Below are positions 1-9,751 of a DNA stretch of 64,000 bases, one piece after another. The stretch lies in assembly GCA_965217865.1 (NCBI GenBank), contig CBDCJO010000002.1, positions 2,848,001 to 2,912,000 on the forward strand, written 5' to 3'. Position numbers and translations under genes: made by a program. Under the pieces are notes generated by a model that was not told the origin of the DNA, made no database searches, and saw only the letters and a program-made list of their open reading frames with translations. Source of the DNA: Candidatus Latescibacterota bacterium (GTDB lineage Bacteria > Latescibacterota > UBA2968 > SICM01). How positions within the stretch are numbered: the first letter of the stretch is position 1; each line of letters begins with the position of its first letter.

Positions 1-761
1 CTTTGAACCTTAGCGTTGAAAACGATCTTTTCCGCGGAGTCCATATCGGCATCGGTGTCAACATAAACGTGACAGACCCCGTCATAATGCTTGATCACCG
101 GGATCAGGGAGCTCTCCATGACCAGCTTGATCAGGGGCTTTCCCCCTCGCGGAACGATCAGGTCGATCAAGCCTTCCGCACGAAGCAACTCCGTGACCGC
201 CGCCCGGTCAGTCGTTTCGATAACGGAAATGGCCCCGTCCGGAACCCCCGATGCCTTTGCAGCCTGATTTAACATGCGTCCGATGCAAATATTCGTGTGG
301 ATGGCCTCCGATCCTCCCCGAAGGATCACCGCGTTCCCTGATTTAAGACAGAGCCCCCCCGCATCCGCCGTGACGTTCGGACGAGACTCGTAGATGATTC
401 CTACCACCCCCAGCGGAACTCGCATCTTTCCGACAAGCATTCCGTTAGGGCGGCGCTCCAACCCATCGAACCGACCCACGGGATCCGCCTGCGAAGCGAT
501 CTCCCTGAGGCCGGTCGACATTCCCGTGATGGTCCGATCGGTGACCGTCAATCGATCGAGAGACGCCGGGGTCAATTTGCCCCGGTTGGCTTCCAGGTCT
601 TTTCGATTCTCCGACCGGAGGAGGTCCGCCTCCGACTCCAGAATATCTGCCATTCGTCGAAGGGAATCGTCCTTGATCTGACCGCTGAGATTCGCCAGGC
701 TCCGAGCAGCCTCCCGCGCCTTGCGGGCAGTTTCCAATACGTATTTTTTGACATCGTCCAT
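1..761 (-). CDS. proA: Gamma-glutamyl phosphate reductase (runs off window edge)
   Basis: Manual translation from ATG 761: MDDVKKYVLETARKAREAA...RPNGMLVGKMRVPLGVVGIIYESRPNVTADAGGLCLKSGNAVILRGGSEA...DLIVPRGGESLI...HYDGVCHVYVD; follows proB. Confidence 0.95.
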   Translation of the reverse strand, partial: MDDVKKYVLETARKAREAARSLANLSGQIKDDSLRRMADILESEADLLRSENRKDLEANRGKLTPASLDRLTVTDRTITGMSTGLREIASQADPVGRFDGLERRPNGMLVGKMRVPLGVVGIIYESRPNVTADAGGLCLKSGNAVILRGGSEAIHTNICIGRMLNQAAKASGVPDGAISVIETTDRAAVTELLRAEGLIDLIVPRGGKPLIKLVMESSLIPVIKHYDGVCHVYVDTDADMDSAEKIVFNAKVQ

Positions 762-893
762 TTTCTATTCCCGATCTAAAAATGCAATATGGAAGTGGGA
801 TTTTTTATAGTTTCGGCATGCAATCTCGGTCGCGTAAATCGGATAGTTTGGTTCTGCACTCTTCGCTTTTTAATTTACATTACAATTTCCCGT

Positions 894-2033
894 TTAGAAT
901 GACAATACCACCATATCATCTCGGTGAATCACCTCATCATCCCCGGGACGACCAAGGGTGGACGCAATCTGGGATGATTTCAGGCCACGGATTTTTTGTA
1001 CCTCGTCGGAGGTGTAGCGGGTCACCCCCCGGGCAACCGTACCCGGTCCGTGTTGCACGTCGATGATCTCCCCGATGTCGAAAGTGCCGGCCACCTCGAC
1101 GATGCCAGAGGGCAAGAGGCTTTTACCCCCGCTCTCGATCGCCTTCGCAGCCCCATCATCCACGACGACGGAACCTTTTTGAACCGGGGCGAACGCGATC
1201 CAGCGCTTCCGGTCCTTCAGTCGGCCTGGCCGGGACTTAAAGAGCGTCCCCACCTCCTTCCCATCGAGAAGGTCCAAGAGTCCCGCTGACTCACCGTCGG
1301 CAATGATCATCATTCCCCCGCTTGTCGTCACGATCTCGGCGGCTCGAAGCTTCGTCCGCATCCCCCCCACCCCTATATCGCTGCCGGCCCCGCCTGCGCA
1401 TTCAAGCAGTTCGGGTGTGATCCGGTCTACAACCGGGATCAATCGGGCGTGTTCATCCAATCGGGGATCGCCGGAGTATAGACCGTCAACGTCAGAGAAG
1501 AGGACCAGCAGGTCCGCGTTGATCAGGTTGGCCACATAGGCCGACAGCGTGTCGTTATCGCCGACCCGAATATCCAGGATTTCGTCAACAGCGACGCTGT
1601 CGTTCTCGTTGACGATCGGCACAACCTTGAACCGGAAAAGGGCTTCCAGGGTGTTCCGTGCATTGACATACCGGTTCCTATCCCTCAAATCGTCTGCCGT
1701 CAGAAGGATCTGCCCAACGGTTGATCCTTGCCGTCTGAAGGCGAGTTTGTAGGCGTTCATCAGAAGACTCTGCCCCACGGCCGCGGCGGCCTGAAGCTCC
1801 GGGATGGCCCGGGGGCGCTCCGACAGTCCGAGTTTCCTCATCCCCGCACCGATAGCACCTGAGGATACCAGGGCGACTTCCAGCCCCCTTTCCCTGAGGG
1901 CGGTCACATCATCGGCGATCCGCTCAATATGTTCCGCGCTGAGCGCGTCTTCTCCGACCGTGACCACCCGGGTCCCAACCTTTACCACCACCCGCTTGAT
2001 CTTTTTGAAGAGCGCTTTTCGTTCCGACATCAA
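894..2033 (-). CDS. proB: Glutamate 5-kinase with PUA domain
   Basis: VVVKVGT, LVSSGA, AAVGQ, VPIVNEND, GDNDTLSA, GGMRTKL, C-terminal PUA (GKSLLPSGI, VIHRDDMV). Confidence 0.97.
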   Translation of the reverse strand: MMSERKALFKKIKRVVVKVGTRVVTVGEDALSAEHIERIADDVTALRERGLEVALVSSGAIGAGMRKLGLSERPRAIPELQAAAAVGQSLLMNAYKLAFRRQGSTVGQILLTADDLRDRNRYVNARNTLEALFRFKVVPIVNENDSVAVDEILDIRVGDNDTLSAYVANLINADLLVLFSDVDGLYSGDPRLDEHARLIPVVDRITPELLECAGGAGSDIGVGGMRTKLRAAEIVTTSGGMMIIADGESAGLLDLLDGKEVGTLFKSRPGRLKDRKRWIAFAPVQKGSVVVDDGAAKAIESGGKSLLPSGIVEVAGTFDIGEIIDVQHGPGTVARGVTRYTSDEVQKIRGLKSSQIASTLGRPGDDEVIHRDDMVVLSF

Positions 2034-2091
2034 CTGTCCTTTGTGATCAATGGCACGAAGTCTGGATTTGCATTTCCATCTTGCATTTCCC

Positions 2092-3108
2092 TTAAAAATG
2101 CTTCCCTTCCAGCTTCACATAGGCCTCCAGCCCCTTCATCAACTCCTCGAACTGATCCGGAACGAGCGATTGTGGGCCGTCTGAAAAAGCTTTTTCCGGG
2201 TCGGGATGGACCTCAATCATCAAACCGTCCGCCCCTGAAGCCACCGCCGCCTTCGCCATCATCGGCACGAATCTGCTGATGCCCACGCCGTGCGAAGGAT
2301 CCGCGATCACCGGAAGATGGGTGGTGCTCTTGAGAACCGGGATGGCCGAGACGTCGAAGGTGTTTCGGGTATACTTTTCGAATGTCCGGATGCCGCGCTC
2401 GCAGAGAATCACATCCTTATTCCCCTCTGACGCGATGTACTCCGCAGACATCAACAGCTCCTCTATCGTAGCCATCATGCCGCGCTTAAGCAGGACCGGC
2501 TTTCCCACCTGCCCGACCTCCTTCAGAATAGGGAAGTTTTGCATGTTGCGCGCCCCGATCTGGAGAACGTCCGCATAGTTTAGAACCAGGTCGATGTCGC
2601 GGGGGTTCATCACCTCGGTGACCACGGGCATCCCGGTCTCTTCCCGCGCTTCAGACAACAATTTAAGACCCTCTTCCGCGAGTCCCTGGAAGCTGTAGGG
2701 TGAAGTCCTGGGTTTGAACGCACCGCCTCGCAGGAGATGGGCTCCCGCCCGCTTGACGGCGCGTGCAGTCTCCAAAATCTGTTCTCGCGACTCGACAGAG
2801 CACGGCCCCGCGATCATCACGAATCTTTCCCCCCCCAACAGGACCCCGCCCACCTCCACGACCGTCTTCTCGAGCTTCACCTCGGTTCCGACGAGCTTGA
2901 AGGGCTGGAGAATGGGGGTGACCCGTTCTACGCCCGGGGAGGACTCGAGGGCCTCAAGTTGAGACTTGCCGCGCTCATCTCCGACAGCGGCGACAACCGT
3001 GCGTTCCACGCCGTAGATGGGATGGGGATCGTAGCCGAACCCACGGATGCGGTCCATGACGTGATCCACCTGGTCCTGCGTTGCCCCTCGCTCCATGGTG
3101 ATGATCAT
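2092..3108 (-). CDS. aroF: DAHP synthase, type I-beta, with N-terminal regulatory domain
   Basis: [50 protein letters not shown]. Confidence 0.95.
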   Translation of the reverse strand: MIITMERGATQDQVDHVMDRIRGFGYDPHPIYGVERTVVAAVGDERGKSQLEALESSPGVERVTPILQPFKLVGTEVKLEKTVVEVGGVLLGGERFVMIAGPCSVESREQILETARAVKRAGAHLLRGGAFKPRTSPYSFQGLAEEGLKLLSEAREETGMPVVTEVMNPRDIDLVLNYADVLQIGARNMQNFPILKEVGQVGKPVLLKRGMMATIEELLMSAEYIASEGNKDVILCERGIRTFEKYTRNTFDVSAIPVLKSTTHLPVIADPSHGVGISRFVPMMAKAAVASGADGLMIEVHPDPEKAFSDGPQSLVPDQFEELMKGLEAYVKLEGKHF

Positions 3109-3120
3109 AAAATCTCCTGT

Positions 3121-3918
3121 CTATGCCACACCCGATAGATCCGGCATCGTCCGAACAAGCACACCTTTTTTTGTCAGATATTCTTTGACCTCAGGAATGC
3201 TGTATTCCTGATAATGGAAGATGGATGCGGCCAGGGCGGCGCTCGCTTTGCCCTCTTGGAGGACCTGGTAAATATGGTCGGGGCCGCCGCATCCCCCGGA
3301 AGCCACGATCGGGACATCCACCCGGTCGGCAACGGCTCGTGTCAGTGCGATGTCGTAGCCGTCCTTGGTGCCGTCCGCATCGATGCTGTTCATCACAAGT
3401 TCGCCGACCCCCCGGTCCACGAGCTCCGCCGCCCATTCCAGGGCATCTCGACCCACAGGAGTCCGCCCCCCGTCGATAACCACCTCCCACCAGGTTCGTT
3501 CCGCATCTCCCTCCTTGCGACGGATTGCATCGATCGATCCCACCACAGCCTGAACTCCGAAGCTCTGCGCACCCTGATTGATGATGTCGGGGTTCCTGAC
3601 CGCAGCTGAATTGATCGAGACCTTTTCCGCACCCCCCTCTACGATCGCGCGAATGTCCCCGAAGTCCCGCACGCCCCCTCCGACGGTAAACGGAATGAAC
3701 ACCTCTTCAGATACCCGGCGGACGAGATCCCCAACGATCTGTCGTTTCTCCGCAGAGGCTGTAATATCATAGAACACCAGCTCGTCCGCCCCTTCTTTGT
3801 CATAGCGTCTTGCCAATTCAATCGGATCCCCGGCATCCCGGTCCGCGGAGAATTTCACACCCCGTACATTTCTTCCGTTCTTGACATCAAGACACGGAAT
3901 GATTCGCTTAGCAAGCAT
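3121..3918 (-). CDS. hisF: Imidazole glycerol phosphate synthase cyclase subunit
   Basis: MLAKRIIPCLDV, GADELVFYDITAS, PFTVGGG, SIDADGTKDGYD, ASGGCG, ALAASIFH. Confidence 0.97.
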   Translation of the reverse strand: MLAKRIIPCLDVKNGRNVRGVKFSADRDAGDPIELARRYDKEGADELVFYDITASAEKRQIVGDLVRRVSEEVFIPFTVGGGVRDFGDIRAIVEGGAEKVSINSAAVRNPDIINQGAQSFGVQAVVGSIDAIRRKEGDAERTWWEVVIDGGRTPVGRDALEWAAELVDRGVGELVMNSIDADGTKDGYDIALTRAVADRVDVPIVASGGCGGPDHIYQVLQEGKASAALAASIFHYQEYSIPEVKEYLTKKGVLVRTMPDLSGVA

Positions 3919-4114
3919 CGGAAACCTGTGTCAATAGGGCTCAAGGGCGAGACGGGCTTCTGCGCTGAGGGGCGAAAAAAGGAACGGGGGTCGGGGAGGG
4001 GGAAATCATAACCATCCTGGGTTTAAAAAATATACCTCTATTGTCTTAAACGATCAAGCCAAAAAGACTTTCTCCACACCGGAATATCAGATTTTGGGAG
4101 AAATCCGAATAGCC

Positions 4115-4450
4115 TCAAAGCTTACTGGCGTGCACGGCAATCCAGATACAGGGGGGATCCACGCTGGTTCGGGAAACGCGGTGTCGCTCATGGGCGGAGA
4201 TGAACGTGTGATCCCCGGCCTGGAGGTGGATGGATCTCGCGTCTTCATAGTCGATCGTTGCCTCCCCCTGCAGGAGGGCGACCCATTCATCCTGCTCCTG
4301 GTCGTACCAAACCCCATCGGGGGTGGTCTGACCGCTCGAAACGATCCGTTCGATCTGAAGCCCCCTCCTGTCGGGTATCAGGGCCTCGAACAGCTCCCGG
4401 GAAGGAAGGGGGGAAGGGAGATCAAAAAGGTTGATGTTCCGTTCTGGCAT
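4115..4450 (-). CDS. Cupin-domain protein
   Basis: IERIVSSGQTTPDGVWYDQEQDEWVALLQGEA...HERHRVSRTS...CIWIAVH pattern of a widespread small cupin family. Confidence 0.85.
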   Translation of the reverse strand: MPERNINLFDLPSPLPSRELFEALIPDRRGLQIERIVSSGQTTPDGVWYDQEQDEWVALLQGEATIDYEDARSIHLQAGDHTFISAHERHRVSRTSVDPPCIWIAVHASKL

Positions 4451-4470
4451 ATTTTAAAGAGTGAAGCCAC

Positions 4471-4656
4471 GTCGAGCCACCGCCTCCGGCGCGGCTCGAC
4501 CTTGGCCCTTCGCGGGCGGGGCATCAAACCCCGCCCTTGACCAAAGGGGAACACATCCCCTTTGGAAACCCCAGGCTTAGGGAGCTTCGCGCCCCCTAAG
4601 AACCCCCGCGAGCAGTGTCGATTCCTCCCCGCGCAAAGCGCGGGGTATCCTCGACA
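4471..4656. repeat. Cluster of five GC-rich hairpins; the last resembles an IS200/IS605 subterminal hairpin
   Basis: Inverted repeats GTCGAGCC/GGCTCGAC (4471-4500), GGGCGGGG/CCCCGCCC (4514-4536), CCAAAGGGGA/TCCCCTTTGG (4541-4565), CTTAGGG/CCCTAAG (4577-4600), TGTCGA..CCCCGCGC AAA GCGCGGGG..TCGACA (4616-4656). Confidence 0.55.
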
Positions 4657-4699
4657 GAAAAACCATGCATGAAAATACGGGGGATCATAACTTGGAACT

Positions 4700-4911
4700 T
4701 TTTTCAGGGTTTTCGCCCCCCACGTGATGGCGTACTGATTGATGTCTTTTTGGATGGCCTCGATGGCTGCCTTTTTAACAGCCTCTGGGGCCGGAAAATC
4801 CGGGTACCCCTGGGCGAGATTGACCCCTCCGTGGATCAGGGACAGCCGTGTCATCTCCCGGATGACGGATTCCGTAAAATAGCCCGTGCGGTAAGAGGTT
4901 CTGGGTTTCAT
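4700..4911 (-). pseudogene. 5' fragment of class I/II PLP-dependent aminotransferase
   Basis: FTESVIREMTRL...VNLAQGYPDFPAP...INQYAITWGA, then similarity ends near 4700; no PLP-lysine domain. Confidence 0.8.
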
Positions 4912-4929
4912 AGCCGGCCGCGAATCGAA

Positions 4930-5469
4930 TCAGACGACGGATTCTTGGTCGATACGTCCCTGAAGGTTTCGAAGTTGATCGATGTCCTGTCTCAGCCGAA
5001 GGGCCATCATCTGAGTAACCCGGAGGACGATTTTGAAACCAAGACGGGGATCGGTCTCTACGAGCTCCATCAAGTCCGGCTTAAAAAAACCCAAAAGCTC
5101 GGTCGGCTCGGCAGCGACAATCGAGGTAGATCGGTGGGATTCGTTCAAAATGGCGAACTCCCCAAGCAGATCGCCGGTCTTGAGCTGCCCAACCTTCTGA
5201 AATATGTCCTTCCCCATCGGTCGGACGACATCCACGCTGCCCGTTTTAACGATGTACATTCCGGATCTCGGGGCTCTTGCACGGATGATGATTTCACCTT
5301 CCCCAAATTTCCTCCGGTGGACGATTCTTTCCACCTTTTTGAGCTCGGACGCCGTTAGCGTCTCGAACACCGGAAGGCCTTTCAAAATAGAAACGACCGT
5401 CTCTTTGGCCGTTTTATTTTGCGAAACGATACTGCTCCACTCCGGGTCGATGTATGGCTCCTCTGGCAA
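4930..5469 (-). CDS. Cyclic nucleotide-binding domain protein
   Basis: LKGLPVFETLT, GMYIVKTGSVDV, GDLLGEFAIL...RSTSIVA cNMP-binding signature; no HTH seen. Confidence 0.85.
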   Translation of the reverse strand: MPEEPYIDPEWSSIVSQNKTAKETVVSILKGLPVFETLTASELKKVERIVHRRKFGEGEIIIRARAPRSGMYIVKTGSVDVVRPMGKDIFQKVGQLKTGDLLGEFAILNESHRSTSIVAAEPTELLGFFKPDLMELVETDPRLGFKIVLRVTQMMALRLRQDIDQLRNLQGRIDQESVV

Positions 5470-5541
5470 AGTGCCGGATCCTTTTGTATTAGGCGGTTAG
5501 TCGTAAGAACAGTGGAGTGCCTGCCCGCCTGGTAAAAGTAA

Positions 5542-6018
5542 TTATTGGATAATATATTTGGTGAAATAGATCTCCACCACGTGTCCCCCAAGCCATTTGT
5601 TGAGTTCCTCTCGAATGGCTCTCTTAACATCATCTCGGGCGGGAGCCCGAAGTTGCTCCAGGTTCCTCGGGGCAAGGGCCCTGGTGACGCTGTCCTGGAC
5701 CCGTGCCGTGTTTTCCATAGCCTTTCGTTTCGTCGATGGGGAATCCACCCCCAGTTGTACTGCGATTTGAACAAGATGCCCGAGCTGGTCCCCCGCTGGA
5801 GTGACCGTCACCGCTTCAATCCCTTTAACGATCAGAGTCCGGGGCTTCCGGACCTCTTCAACCGTCATCTCTTCCTGGGTTTCCTCAACAGCCCCAACAT
5901 CGGGTTTCGGGATCGCTTTATCCAGGGAGGTAATAAACGATACCGTTCTGCATCGCCAGAATGAGCATGATAAGAGGAAAATACTTGAAAGGGCTGGTAC
6001 TCTCTTCGGCCACGTCAT
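5542..6018 (-). CDS. fliL: Flagellar basal body-associated protein FliL
   Basis: N-terminal hydrophobic segment; ARVQDSVTRAL...VKRAIREELNKWL...VVEIYFTKYIIQ FliL C-terminus; start set at MTWPK. Confidence 0.8.
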   Translation of the reverse strand: MTWPKRVPALSSIFLLSCSFWRCRTVSFITSLDKAIPKPDVGAVEETQEEMTVEEVRKPRTLIVKGIEAVTVTPAGDQLGHLVQIAVQLGVDSPSTKRKAMENTARVQDSVTRALAPRNLEQLRAPARDDVKRAIREELNKWLGGHVVEIYFTKYIIQ

Positions 6019-6025
6019 CCCCCGT

Positions 6026-6862
6026 TCACCACCTCTGTCCGGTGGCGTGAAACTTCTCCAATTGTTTCCGGTAGTGACCTGACTCGGGGTCCAGAGCAAT
6101 CGCTCGCCGGATAAGAGCCACGGCACGATTCCGGTTCCCCTTCAGGTAGTAAATCTCCGCCAGCGTGTCCAGATAAATAGGCTCATCAGGCCCAAGCTGC
6201 AATGACCTGTTCGACAGATCCAAAGCCTCATTCAGCAGGATTCTCTGTTGAGCGTACATCCAGGCCAGATTGTTCATCGTCCCCGTATCCCAGGGATTGA
6301 GTTCCAGCGCTTTTTTATAAGCCGCCTCCGCCTTTTCATAGCTTCGACGCTCGTAATAGATCGTACCCAACTCCGCGTGAACCCGCCAGAGATTTTGATT
6401 CGCCTCAAGGCCGGCCTCGAAGGCATGAATGGCCTCTTGTTGAAGTCCAAGGAACCTGTAAATCCTCCCTGCCTCGAGAATCGTCTCGACATCTCCATAG
6501 GAACGGGATAGCAGCCCATCCAGCGTTTCTACAGCAAGTCCCACATTTCCGACAGCCGCATACCCTCGCGACAACCCCATCAACGCTTCGATATATTCGG
6601 GAGCCAGTTCGTGGGCCCGTTCCAGGTAGCCGATGGCCGTTTCATGTCCACCCAAACTCAGATTTGCCAGGCCGGCCCTCGTCAAAAGGTAGGGGTCGTC
6701 TGGGCTGATCTCCACGGCCTCTTCATAAAGGGATACGGCATCCTGAAATCTCCCTGCCTCTGCGAAGCCCGAGGCCGATTCCAAAAGCCGGTAAGCCTCT
6801 CGGTTCTGGCATCCGACAATTGCCAGGATTATGACAAGGACTGTAGCAGGATTCTGTTTCAC
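6026..6862 (-). CDS. TPR-repeat lipoprotein
   Basis: Lipobox-like IVGC; repeated TPRs (AYKKALELNP, NNLAWMYA, YLDTLAEIYY). Confidence 0.85.
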   Translation of the reverse strand: MKQNPATVLVIILAIVGCQNREAYRLLESASGFAEAGRFQDAVSLYEEAVEISPDDPYLLTRAGLANLSLGGHETAIGYLERAHELAPEYIEALMGLSRGYAAVGNVGLAVETLDGLLSRSYGDVETILEAGRIYRFLGLQQEAIHAFEAGLEANQNLWRVHAELGTIYYERRSYEKAEAAYKKALELNPWDTGTMNNLAWMYAQQRILLNEALDLSNRSLQLGPDEPIYLDTLAEIYYLKGNRNRAVALIRRAIALDPESGHYRKQLEKFHATGQRW

Positions 6863-7094
6863 GTGGGTGCCTCTGATTCAGGGTTTTTCAATCCGCATTC
6901 CACAATCTACATTCCGCGTGTGCCGTCATTCCCGCGACCGTAACGCTCCAGTACTCCCCTTTGGCCAGTATTTAGGATTTAATTTCCGATTGCAATTTCC
7001 TGACTCCTCAAACTTTAATCTTTGCGCTTTCTGCTCTGTCGTTTTTGAGTATAGATTAGCCCAAGACCTTTGTCAAGCGGTATTTAAAGCCGGA

Positions 7095-7123
7095 TTGACA
7101 TAAAGGATGGATTTCAGTATGTT
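7095..7123 (+). promoter_or_regulatory. Sigma70-type promoter
   Basis: TTGACA-N17-TATGTT upstream of the M14 gene. Confidence 0.6.
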
Positions 7124-7174
7124 ATTCTTCGCTCCTGCCGTTTCCGTTTGCCCATCCTGGACTTTTTTAAGTTT

Positions 7175-7909
7175 ATGTCCTTGAGAAACTACGGTGAAAT
7201 CGTATGTCGGGCGGAATCTCGGAAAAGGCCCTATTTAAACGCCCAGGCGATCGGAGAGGTGGATGGCTATCCCATTATCTGTGTCTCGCTTTCCACCGAT
7301 CACCGGCTCCCGACGGTGCTCATCATCGGGGGCACCCACGGGGACGAACCGGCTGGAGTGGAAGCCGCGCTCGGTTTTATCGATTGTGACATCGGAAGGT
7401 GGCTCGACGAACTCCGCTTTGAAGTCATCCCCTGTTTAAACCCATATGGTTATGTCCACAAAACAAGGCAAAACCGGGAAGGGATCGATGTCAATTGGGC
7501 TTATCGAAAAACGGATGTCCCCGAGATCGGGATCTTTCGTCGTCTAATCAACCATCGTCGGTTCGAGGCGGTAATCGATCTCCACGAGGATTGGGAAAGT
7601 CCGGGATTTTACCTCTACGAGTTGCGCAGGGGGGGAGAGCAATTGGGTGTCGAGCTTGTCCGACGCGTCTCATCAGTCTGTCCGATAAATACGGCCCCCA
7701 GCATCGAGGGCGCACCCGCGGAAGCCGGGATCGTCAAGCCGGATATCGAGTCGGAGGTTGCCAAGCGTGGAGAAGGGATCCCCATCGCCTTGTTCAAGAG
7801 GCATACCGACCACCTGCTGACCTCCGAGACCCCCACTTGCCTGGCCCTTGACACCCGGGTAAAAGCCCACCTCATCACCCTGGACACTGTGATCGAAGCA
7901 CACGCGTAA
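7175..7909 (+). CDS. M14-family metallocarboxypeptidase (AstE/AspA-like)
   Basis: GGTHGDEPAG, PCLNPYGY, RQNREGIDVN, IDLHEDWE zinc-binding motifs. Confidence 0.85.
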   Translation: MSLRNYGEIVCRAESRKRPYLNAQAIGEVDGYPIICVSLSTDHRLPTVLIIGGTHGDEPAGVEAALGFIDCDIGRWLDELRFEVIPCLNPYGYVHKTRQNREGIDVNWAYRKTDVPEIGIFRRLINHRRFEAVIDLHEDWESPGFYLYELRRGGEQLGVELVRRVSSVCPINTAPSIEGAPAEAGIVKPDIESEVAKRGEGIPIALFKRHTDHLLTSETPTCLALDTRVKAHLITLDTVIEAHA

Positions 7910-7992
7910 AGAAAGGAGGTTGTCGAAGTAAGCCGAAACAGCCAAGATTTCTTCTTTAACTTAGAACCTGGAACTTCCTTTGAGGTGATTCC

Positions 7993-8184
7993 ATGCCGAT
8001 CGTTACAGTTAATTGGTTACAGAAGTCCTGCAGAACGCCTGACGTCAAGCGGAAGGTCGCAGATGCGATTATCGATGCCATGTCAGGGGTGGAAGAAGCC
8101 GAGGTTTCGCCCGATCGGGTCTCCGTGAAATTCTCAATCATCGACAACGATCAGCCCGACGAGGGCTATCGCGTAAAGTCTTAG
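7993..8184 (+). CDS. 4-oxalocrotonate tautomerase-family protein
   Basis: 63 aa, N-terminal Pro (MPIVTV), KRKVADAIIDAM...PDRVSV; GAGG RBS. Confidence 0.7.
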   Translation: MPIVTVNWLQKSCRTPDVKRKVADAIIDAMSGVEEAEVSPDRVSVKFSIIDNDQPDEGYRVKS

Positions 8185-8197
8185 GGCCAGGAAAACC

Positions 8198-9715
8198 ATG
8201 TCTCGTACCCCGGTTCAAGCATACGATGAACTGATCCGTCGCATCAAGGCGATTAATCTTCTTCGAAATTGTGAGGGCGTCTTAGGCTGGGATCAGCAGA
8301 CTTACATGCCTCCCAAGGCATCGGCTTACCGTGCGGACCAGCTCGCTTTGCTATCCGGCCTGATCCATGAGCGATTTACCGATCCTGAGATCGGGGACCT
8401 GATCGGCGAGGTGGAAGTCAGCAAATTGGTCACTGATCCGGAATCTGTCCCGGCCGTCAACGTCCGGGAGCTGCGCCGGAGCTTTGACCGTGCGAATCGT
8501 CTGTCCAAGTCGCTGGTGGAGGAGCTGGCGCGTATCTGCTCCCTTTCCAGGGATGAGTGGGTTGAAGCGCGAAAGGCCTCCGATTTCCCCAGGTTCCTAC
8601 CCTGGCTGGAGAAGGTCCTGGCCCTTAAGCGGCAAGAAGCCGCGGCCTACGACGACTCCGTTCACCCCTACGACGCCCTCCTCGAAGACTACGAGCCGGG
8701 CGAGACGACCGCTCACCTGAGGGGGGTCTTCAAAGACCTGCGTGAAGAACTGGTGGTCCTTGTCGATGCCATCGTGGGATCCCGGAAACATCCTGACACC
8801 TCGATCCTGGGCCGGGATTACCCCATCGATCGCCAGGAGGTCCTCGGCAAGGCGGTCGCATCGGCTATCGGTTTCGACTTCGAAGCCGGACGTCTGGATG
8901 TCACGGTGCATCCCTTCTGCGCCGGACTCGGCCCTTTCGACACACGGCTTACCACACGATACGACGCAAGGGAATTCAACCAGGCCCTCTACGGGGTATT
9001 GCACGAGGCCGGACACGGCCTATACGATCAAGGCTTGGACGAGGAGCACCACGGGACCCCGATGGGCGAATCGGTGTCACTCGGAATTCACGAGTCCCAA
9101 TCCCGGATGTGGGAGAACTTCGTAGGCCGCAGCCGGTCCTTTTGGGAGCACTTCTTCCCCGTTGCACGTTCCCTCTTCCACGAGTCCCTGTCCGGGGTCT
9201 CCCTAGACGACCTTCACTTTGCGTGCAACGACGTGCGCCCCTCCTTCATCCGGGTCGAGGCCGACGAAGTTACTTACAACCTTCACATCCTCCTCCGATT
9301 CGAACTGGAGCACGACCTCCTCACCGGGGATCTGCCCGCCCCCGACCTGCCCGGTGCCTGGAACGAGCGATTCAGGACTTTTTTTGATCTCACCCCCCCT
9401 GACGATGCCCGCGGTTGCCTCCAGGATACCCACTGGAGCTTCGGGGGGATCGGATATTTCCCCACCTACAGCCTGGGCAACCTCTACGCCGCTCAGTTTT
9501 TCGACCAGGCGGAAAAGGACCTGGGTAACCTGGATGAAGCGTTTGCCAGGGGAGAGTTCGTGGTCCTGAGGGACTGGCTTCGGGAACATATATACGTTCA
9601 GGGGATGCGGTTCCGGGCGGAGGATCTGGCCAAACGGGTCACAGGGAGACCCCTGAGCCATATGCCCCTGATCAATCACCTCAGGACAAAGTTTGAGGCG
9701 CTTTACGGAATCTAA
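8198..9715 (+). CDS. Carboxypeptidase, peptidase M32 family
   Basis: WDQQTYMP, HPFC, HEAGHGLYDQG, HESQSR, IRVEADEVTYNLH, GYFPTYSLG. Confidence 0.96.
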   Translation: MSRTPVQAYDELIRRIKAINLLRNCEGVLGWDQQTYMPPKASAYRADQLALLSGLIHERFTDPEIGDLIGEVEVSKLVTDPESVPAVNVRELRRSFDRANRLSKSLVEELARICSLSRDEWVEARKASDFPRFLPWLEKVLALKRQEAAAYDDSVHPYDALLEDYEPGETTAHLRGVFKDLREELVVLVDAIVGSRKHPDTSILGRDYPIDRQEVLGKAVASAIGFDFEAGRLDVTVHPFCAGLGPFDTRLTTRYDAREFNQALYGVLHEAGHGLYDQGLDEEHHGTPMGESVSLGIHESQSRMWENFVGRSRSFWEHFFPVARSLFHESLSGVSLDDLHFACNDVRPSFIRVEADEVTYNLHILLRFELEHDLLTGDLPAPDLPGAWNERFRTFFDLTPPDDARGCLQDTHWSFGGIGYFPTYSLGNLYAAQFFDQAEKDLGNLDEAFARGEFVVLRDWLREHIYVQGMRFRAEDLAKRVTGRPLSHMPLINHLRTKFEALYGI

Positions 9716-9751
9716 CGCCGAGGCGCGGGAAATGCCTTGTGGCTATAATGC

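Noticed and set aside
4378-4700. C-terminal part of the 177-aa ORF as real protein
   Set aside because: Read-through into the hairpin element after aminotransferase similarity ends
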